Source: an uncultured delta proteobacterium (lineage in GTDB: Bacteria > Desulfobacterota > Binatia > UBA9968). From it: a DNA stretch of 43,566 nt. The stretch is from the NCBI GenBank assembly GCA_963840855.1, contig CAWJBB010000045.1, positions 1-43,566 of the forward strand. Direction: 5' to 3'. The notes under the pieces were generated by a model. It ran no database searches. It saw only the letters and a list, made by a program, of their open reading frames with translations, and was not told the origin of the DNA. Each line of letters opens with the position of its first letter. The first letter of the stretch is position 1. Below are positions 36,489-43,566 of the stretch, piece after piece. Made by a program: the position numbers and the translations under genes.

Positions 36489-36501
36489 GTTGTCGTAATC
36501 G

Positions 36502-36990
36502 TCAGCTGAAATATTCTTTGAACGCCGTCACCATCAAATTCGCCAGCCGCTGGTTATGGCTCTCGACATGGCCATAGTGCGTGAGCTTGGGGACGACGAT
36601 CAATCTCATCTCTTCGGCATAGGGTTTAACCCGATGAACGCGTATACCTCACGCCGGTATTTCAGACCCTGCTCGTCCGTGCCCCGGTGTATTCGCGACG
36701 ATGTGGAGCAGTTCTTGCCGGCGCTGTCCAGATCGGCTTGTGGTGATGAAGAGTTCGTCGCGGTATGGAAATTTGATCTCGCAGTAGTTGTCGTGGCGCT
36801 GTGCTGATGCTGCAAGGTTAAACTGTGGCGCGTGATTTCATCGAACCAGCGCTCGGCGCTGCAAGGCGATGGACGACTGGACTGAGGGGGAGAGGTGAGT
36901 GGGCGGGGGGGAGGGCAGGCGAGGTCCCACTCTTTGCGCACCCAGCCGGGCATTCCCGTGCCGAAGCCGAGACCGCCGATGAGATTGTTT
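36502..36990 (-). pseudogene. Multiply frameshifted gene remnant, possibly the C-terminal part of an alpha/beta hydrolase
   Basis: Protein-like segments in different frames: LIGGLGFGTGMPGWVRKEW, EQGLKYRREVYAF, KPYAEEMRLIVVPKLTHYGHVESHNQRLANLMVTAFKEYFS*. Confidence 0.45.
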
Positions 36991-37155
36991 TGCGCTCCTG
37001 CTAGAGAAATGGTTTTGACTTTATAAAGGTATCTCGTTAGCTGGAGCGGCTGTCAAGCTCATTCAACGCCATCAACTCGAATTTTTCATGCTTCGAGGAA
37101 GACGAACGCCAGCGTCCGCGGCGGTGAAAATGGCGCCGTTGGCGGGACGCGCCAA

Positions 37156-37217
37156 TTGACAAGCGTATGGGTCTTACCTAATAATATTGGCAACCTCGCA
37201 GGAGCGTATGGGTCTTA
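37156..37217 (+). promoter_or_regulatory. Promoter with a perfect 15-bp direct repeat (candidate operator)
   Basis: TTGACA (37156) then TAATAAT after 17 nt; AGCGTATGGGTCTTA at 37162-37176 and 37203-37217. Confidence 0.65.
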
Positions 37218-37227
37218 GGGAGTTGAC

Positions 37228-38058
37228 ATGCTGAAACCGATTGGAATCACCGAGGGGCATTACGAATGCCGGTCACTGGATGAAACCCTGCCGATCTTCA
37301 CCGATCTCTTGGCGGCTGACGTGGTCGAGCGGACGGAAAAGAAAGCGGTTGTTAAGCATCCAAACACCGCCTGGCGTCTTGTCATTCACGAGGGTGGCCC
37401 GGACGCGAAAAACAAACCACACACCAACCACTATGGTTTCCGAGTGGCTAACAGCAAAGAGATCCCCAGGGCATACGATTACATCTCGGAACACAAAGCG
37501 CAGTACAAGATCAAAAGCGTGACCAAGCCCCATGAGGCCCATTTCGCTTATTCGATTTATTTCAAAGAACCGGGCGGCAATGATTTGGAGATAGAGTATT
37601 ACAATCCGCAGGCGGTGAAACACGGACGTCAGATCGCCGCGCCGCACTGGACCGAGCCCATGCCCGAGGACAGATTCCCCGGCAAGGGGTATGTGCCTCA
37701 AGCGATGACCCATGGAACGCTAAACTGCGACGACAAGGAGACCAGCGACAAATTTCTCGAACACGTGCTAGGGCTCTCCATCATCGGCGGTGGTCGCATG
37801 TCGAGCTACATAAGCCTGCCCAATAATGGGCCGTGGTACATCGTGGTGCTGCCGACTACGCACCGCGATTACCTATCGGCGGCTAACCGTTTCACGTTGA
37901 AACTGGCTTCCGCCGAGGAAGTCGCCGATGCTCACAAGGAGTTTTCCATAACCGGCAAACAACTCGGCGTCCAGGAACTCTGGGACCTGCAGGATAACGG
38001 CCGGACCAGCTTCATCTTGAGCGATATCAATAAGAATTATTGGGAAGTGACCTCATAG
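37228..38058 (+). CDS. Two-domain VOC (glyoxalase-like) protein
   Basis: GHYEC..L, NHYGFRV, SIYFKEPGGNDLEIE; second module THGTL...FILSDINKNYWEV. Confidence 0.82.
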   Translation: MLKPIGITEGHYECRSLDETLPIFTDLLAADVVERTEKKAVVKHPNTAWRLVIHEGGPDAKNKPHTNHYGFRVANSKEIPRAYDYISEHKAQYKIKSVTKPHEAHFAYSIYFKEPGGNDLEIEYYNPQAVKHGRQIAAPHWTEPMPEDRFPGKGYVPQAMTHGTLNCDDKETSDKFLEHVLGLSIIGGGRMSSYISLPNNGPWYIVVLPTTHRDYLSAANRFTLKLASAEEVADAHKEFSITGKQLGVQELWDLQDNGRTSFILSDINKNYWEVTS

Positions 38059-38539
38059 TCGATGCAAATCGAAACGCGTCGCGACGCAGGTGATGGATGC
38101 TCCATTGGCGACGTTTTATCTGCGTAATCCAGTGCTGCCCAAAATAGCCGCTTTACCGTCTTCTATTTTCACATCGTTCACTTCTGCAAAACGAATCGCT
38201 TCTTTGCGCCGCTTTTGTCCCATGGGTCAAAAACCAGGTCAATGACGCTAGCCAAGAGCCACCGTCCAGTTGACAACAGGCTACGACTGGTCATTGACAC
38301 CGGCATTGCTCAACCCATTGGGTGTCCTGAATTGATTTGAATTTCTGACTGGCCGCACAATCAGTGGCGGCAAGTTCTCTATCCTTCCTGGTATACCGGG
38401 ACTGTCGGCTATCTTTCCAAAAAATTCAACAAGCTCATATTTCCCGCGCCGATGTTGACAAGTGTAGGAGTGTATTGGCAGTGCAATCGGTGCCACAAAA
38501 CATCACGGACGACTAGACAAGCCAAAATCAGAGCATTTT

Positions 38540-39076
38540 CCCCCGATCAGGCCGCACCCTCCCCCCCTACCCGTCCTGTGACGAAGGTCTCCGCATTTGG
38601 CCAAACCCCTCTCAACAAGCGCCTCTCTCTCCCCCCCCTCCCCCCACCCCCCCTCTCGCGCGACACACCCATCTCCCTCCCCCCCCCCCCCCCCCCACAC
38701 ACCCCCCCCCGCCCCCACCCCCCCCCCCCCCCCCCTTTCTCTTCCCACCCCTCTTTTTATCCCCCCCCCCCCCTTTCCCAAGCCCGGGCCCCTCCCTTGG
38801 GCGCGCTAAAATATAAGCCCCCCCCTTGGAACACCTCGATCCCCACAAATTCCCCCGGCTTATTCCCCATTAAATATTCTCCCCAAGACCCCCCGGGAGG
38901 TATATTCATATATCCCCCACGTCCCAAAAAAAACTCCTCTCTCACGGCGAGCAGGATCTTATCTCTCCTCTAAGCCCACAAAAACCTCGATCTTTATATA
39001 CAGGAAGAATCCAAGGCAACCCGCCCCCCCCATAACACACCAACCCCCCCCCCCTTAACCCTTTCCCCCCCCCCCC
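38540..39076. other. Poly-C low-complexity tract, probable sequencing or assembly artefact
   Basis: Irregular long C runs, strong G depletion, no repeat unit, unlike the rest of the window. Confidence 0.75.
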
Positions 39077-39456
39077 GTGTGAAATATTGCGCAGCTTTGC
39101 CTTCGATAACGATGAGGTGTTAGCGTAGGCCGTAGAAGAAGTACGCCACGCCTTTGGCGTCGAGAGCGCGTTGGTCAAAGCCACATAGACTCGCCGCCCA
39201 AAGCATCCATCACGCCTTCGCGTTCAGCATGCCATCTCCGGCGTCCCATTATTGCGACATAGTCTCATTGGGGACGAGCATCCCTTCCAGTTCATGTGGA
39301 CTTCTTTTTTTATAATCCCGCTGTCGAATAACTGACCCGCATCTTCGTCTAACGTGACAAGACTTCACGCGAGTCGAGATTGTCGATGTAAACCATCTTG
39401 ACAGCGTCCATAAAGTCTGTAAAGCGTAAAGTTGAACGGAAAGGAGGTGATACAAC

Positions 39457-39732
39457 ATGAAACTAGGTTCCTTAATCGTGGCAGCGGTTTTTTCCCTGGT
39501 TGTGACTTCCGGCTTGGCGTTCGCGGAAGAGAAGAATGGCACAGTCTCTGGTTATGACGCCGGATCCCGGATGTTGACAATCAAGGGCAAAGACTGGGAA
39601 CAGAAAGCCAAGGTCAGCAGCAAAGACGCTGACGACAAGAAGGATCTCTTGAAGGATGGTGCCAAGGTCAAGGTCGAGTTCGATGACCGGGGCGGCGGCG
39701 ACATCCGCGTGAAGAGCATCAGCCCTCGCTAA
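39457..39732 (+). CDS. Small exported protein, probable OB-like beta fold (DUF1344-like)
   Basis: AAAGGAGGTGAT SD, signal peptide ending AFA, GTV...D....LTI...LKDGAKVKVEF pattern, own terminator. Confidence 0.75.
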   Translation: MKLGSLIVAAVFSLVVTSGLAFAEEKNGTVSGYDAGSRMLTIKGKDWEQKAKVSSKDADDKKDLLKDGAKVKVEFDDRGGGDIRVKSISPR

Positions 39733-39753
39733 GACAGCAACCAATAACCACAG

Positions 39754-39788
39754 AAAAGCGGGAGGCGCCAAAAGCTTCCCGCTTTTTT
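39754..39788. terminator. Bidirectional intrinsic terminator
   Basis: AAAAGCGGGAGGC-gccaaaa-GCTTCCCGCTTTTTT between convergent genes. Confidence 0.85.
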
Positions 39789-39795
39789 GTCTACC

Positions 39796-42700
39796 TCAAA
39801 ACCGTTTGCGCAGCGCCCTGAGGCCGCGCCATGCGTCCGTGAAATCCGGATTGATGGCCAGTAGCTCTCGGTATTTTTCCTCCGCCTCGTCGTGCTTGCC
39901 GGCGTGATGCAGAGACCGTGCCCAGCCAAGACGCCAGGCGGTATTTTTGCGATGGCGCCTGAGCGCCATTTCGTACGCCGCCGCCGCCTTTTCCCACTGT
40001 TGGGTTTGGCTGTATGCTTCGCCTAATTCACCGAACAGGCTGGCCGAGTCTTCTCCTGTTTTACGGGTATCTTCGAACAGGGCGATAGCTTCGGCGAGAT
40101 TCCCTTTAGCCCTCTCGAGCTTGCCGCGCGCGAAAAGTACCCTGGGATGCTTGGCGTTGATCTGCGTTGCGCGGTCGAGCCACTGGCCGGCTTGGGTGAT
40201 ATCCCTGGCGTGTAAAGCGATGTCGGCCAGACCCGTGTAGGGCAACAGCTCTTTAGAGCCGACTTCGATGATGCGCTTGTAAATCACCGCCGCGTCGCGC
40301 GTATAAAAATTTTCGCAGAGCGCGAGGAGCTCGGTTTGATTGGCCGTGGGGCGGAGATCCAACGCTTTCTTAGCGGCCTCGAAGGCTTCATCCGAGCGTT
40401 CCATCCCAGACAGAATACGGCTTTGTAGGAGATAATAGCCGGGGTTCTTCCCGTCCAGGAAGATGGCGCGGCCTGCTTCGGCCAGTGCCGGTTCGTATGC
40501 GCCGTTGGCGTAGTAAGACTGCGCGATGAAATAATGATGTTGCGCCTGCGAAACATGGTTTTTGAAGGGCTCCCAGGACGGTGCGATCCAGTGAGACTGC
40601 ATCAGCCCACGGTTTAACTCGGATGTGAGTTTTCCCAGGCTGCGCGGCGCGGAAAATTCCAACCGCACGTTATCGTCGGTATTCAATTCGGCGCCCTCGG
40701 CGAAGGCCGAAAGTTCCTTCTTGCTCATGCGGTAAAATCCTCGCAGCGCGTAGGGATCGGTGAAGCCGAGGGTTTGAAAATCCGAGCGTATGGTTTGGTT
40801 GGCGGCGAATATTTTCCTGGCCCGCGGGTAATCGAAGGATACCGGGCTCGAAGAGCCGATCAAAAGAAAATCGCTCTCTTGCATGGCCCACACGGATAAA
40901 TGCGGAAACGCCTCCGCGAAGGTGCGCAGCACCATGCGGAAATCGTCCGGCGACATGGAGTAGACGTGAATCCATTGGGCAAAGATACCGCCGGGTTTTA
41001 GTTTTCCTTTCGCTACGGCATAGAAGTCCTGGGTAAAAAGGCTGGCGATGCCGGCGATCCAAGGGTTGGAAGGCTCCGAAATAATCAAGTCGTAGAGCTG
41101 CGGTGTGGCGAGCATATAGTTGCGCCCGTCGCTGGGAACGATCTTTAGCCGTGGGTCCTTCAGGATGTCGCCGATCTTGTCGTTGAAAAATGCTGCGGCC
41201 TCGGCCATGGCGGGCTCGATCTCCAAAACTTTGATGCTTGCCACCGGGAACGCGCCCACCGCCTTCACCGTCATTCCGGTTCCCAAGCCGATAATGGCGA
41301 CGTCCTTTGCTTCAGGCTTCAGAAACATCGGAATATAGCCGGTCAGGAGCATGGTCAGCGAATCGCCATAGGAACCGTCCGTCTTGCCGTTGGTCTTCAA
41401 GTAGAGATAATCTTTATGCAGACGATGCACGCTCACTGTCGCGGTTAGCCCTTCGCGGTAGTAAAGCACTTGATCCTGCCGCATCTCTTCCAGGCGCAAC
41501 GAATCCGTCGGCAAGTCCTTGTAACGGCTGGCGTAGACGGTGACGCCGCTGGTCAAGATTCTCGGGTCCCGGCAGGCAAACGCAGGGCCAAAACCAACAG
41601 CGCTGCGGTCGCCACGCTACCTAGCGCTAAGCGGCGCGCTCTGCCGGGGTGAGGGTCGGCCATGATTAGGAGGTATCCCACGGTCAAATTGATGAACGCG
41701 CCGATGACGATACTTTGTTGAATGCCGAACAGCGGCAACAAAACAAAGCCGCCGGCGAAAGCGCCGGCAATGGCGCCGACGGTATTAACAGCGTAGATCG
41801 TGCCGACGCTGCTGCCAACGCGGTAAAGGCTTTGTGTGAAGAGGCGCACGACCATGGGAAAGGTCATGCCGAAAAGCAGCGTGCTGGGGAACATGACGAG
41901 AAATGAAACCGCCACCTGAATGGCAAGAAATAACGGAAACGAATCGCCGAAGGCGGCATGGAGACGGACGAAAATAAGCGGCAATTTTTGGAACAGCGGA
42001 ATCGTGGCTAACGCCGCGGCGCCGACTCCCAACTCGACAAGACCGAATGATGTCACCTGCGCGACGCGGCCACCGAGAAGGCGCGCATAAAGATAACCGC
42101 CCGTGGCTAGTCCGATGAGAAAGGTCAGCAGCATGGTCGTGAAGGAATAGACCGACCCGCCGATGATCATCGTCAGCGCGTGGGTCCAGGCATTTTCAAA
42201 GATCATCGCCGCCGCGCCTGAGAGGCCGATGGCGACGAGGATCAGCAGGCCTACGCAGGTGGGCCGCTCGACGAACGCGGTTTCTTCGGTGGGCACTGAA
42301 TTCGCGGGAGCTTCCGCCAGGTCTTTCTTGCGCAACCAGTCCACGATGAGAATCGACCCGGCAATGATAACATTGAGTGCCGCGGCGGCGTAAAGTGTGC
42401 CGCGAATTCCCAGCGTGGGGATCAAATAGTATCCCGCCATGCCGCAGCCGGCCACCGCGCCAAGAGTATTGGTGCCGTAGAGATTACCGATGCGCCGTCC
42501 CAGTTGGCTCAAGCTTTGAATGAAAAATCGGCTCAGTACCGGCAGGGTGGCACCCATCAGGAAAGTCGGCACCGCGAGCAGCGCGAACGCCAACAGAAAG
42601 AGCGCGCAGTTGAAAACGAAGGGCGAGATTTGGTGCAGCCAAAATAACTTTCCGTAAATTCCCAAGGCGCCTTTGAAAACCTGGGGAACGAGAAAACCGT

Positions 42701-42974
42701 AAAGGCCGATGCCGAGTTCGAGCCAGCCGTAGAGACGGAGATAATTTCCTTTCCGGTCGACGATCCGGCCGAAGACATAACTACCCAAAGCCAAGCCGGC
42801 CATGAAACCGGCGAGCACCGTGGCGACGGCGTAGGCGGTACTGCCGAAGATCTGGGTCAACATACGCACCCAGACGACTTCGTAAAGCAGCGCGGCCGCG
42901 CCGGAGAGAAAAAAGCAGATAAAGAGAGCCGCGAATACGGCTCGGTGGCCAATGAGTTGTCGCGCGTTATGCAT
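39796..42974 (-). pseudogene. Fused membrane domain / spermidine-synthase-like domain / TPR protein, split by a 1-nt deletion near 41570 (real or sequencing error)
   Basis: Repeated SGAAA..YE..W, MGATLP, NT.GA TM motifs; IIGLGTG, EIEP, DGRN, IISEPSNPW, NTDD; C-terminal TPRs; one added T restores LPAWDPRILTSG across the junction. Confidence 0.85.
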
Positions 42975-43152
42975 AAGACTCCAATATCTCAGTGGATCGG
43001 TGTATTGACGCCGGGGAAGCCTGAATCATTCAGTCGATGGTCGAAGACGGAGCAGGTAAAACAAGGGAACTTTAAAAGACGGCTGTAATCCCGGTACCCG
43101 GGCGGATTGATCGACGCCACCTAACTAAGGACATGAAGAAAACACGATTTCG

Positions 43153-43566
<414 letters not shown>

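Noticed and set aside
38475-38496. Sigma54 promoter at TGGCAGTGCAATCGGTGCCA
   Set aside because: GG-N10-GC spacing is not met on either strand
38452-39184. Pro-rich and Gly-rich ORFs, or a G-quadruplex array
   Set aside because: They arise from an irregular poly-C tract typical of low-quality or poly-G read tails; not credible without read support
42975-43152. Structured ncRNA or riboswitch between the maturase and the membrane fusion gene
   Set aside because: No recognisable conserved motif or convincing long stem

Overview
Gene-dense, GC-rich bacterial chromosomal window. Gene style and intergenic micro-repeats suggest an uncultured deltaproteobacterium such as Ca. Binatia (inference only). 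About 37 CDSs or remnants; no rRNA, tRNA, CRISPR array or transposase was recognised. Left third: amidohydrolase, twin-SH3 lipoprotein, trpEG preceded by a complete, apparently leaderless TrpL attenuator and followed by a stand-alone archaeal-type ThrRS editing domain, IclR, a FadF/HdrD-like membrane Fe-S oxidoreductase, DUF192, an archaeal-type GAPDH homologue, tldD-tldE and a frameshifted phoD. Middle: a minus-strand run ald > DHH phosphoesterase > cupin > unknown TPR lipoprotein + 834-aa exported protein > SBP > RidA > D-2-hydroxyacid dehydrogenase. 24.7-38.1 kb: an uncharacterised catabolic island (two biotin-carrier-less carboxyltransferases around a CouO-like hydrolase, two DUF1989 paralogues, Ldh_2 dehydrogenase, alpha/beta hydrolase, DUF3891, two VOC proteins, PuuE-like CE4 enzyme). 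Right end: a poly-C tract that is probably an artefact, a small exported protein, a frameshifted membrane/spermidine-synthase-like/TPR fusion and the 3' end of an anaerobic sulfatase maturase. Many gene junctions carry degenerate 6-9 nt tandem repeats, often as inverted arms, and one such array lies inside a CDS; GTAG and CGTC REP elements also occur. Best candidates for undescribed biology are the catabolic island, the Trp-attenuated trans-editing factor and the TPR envelope pair. All family calls come from motif recognition, not database searches.
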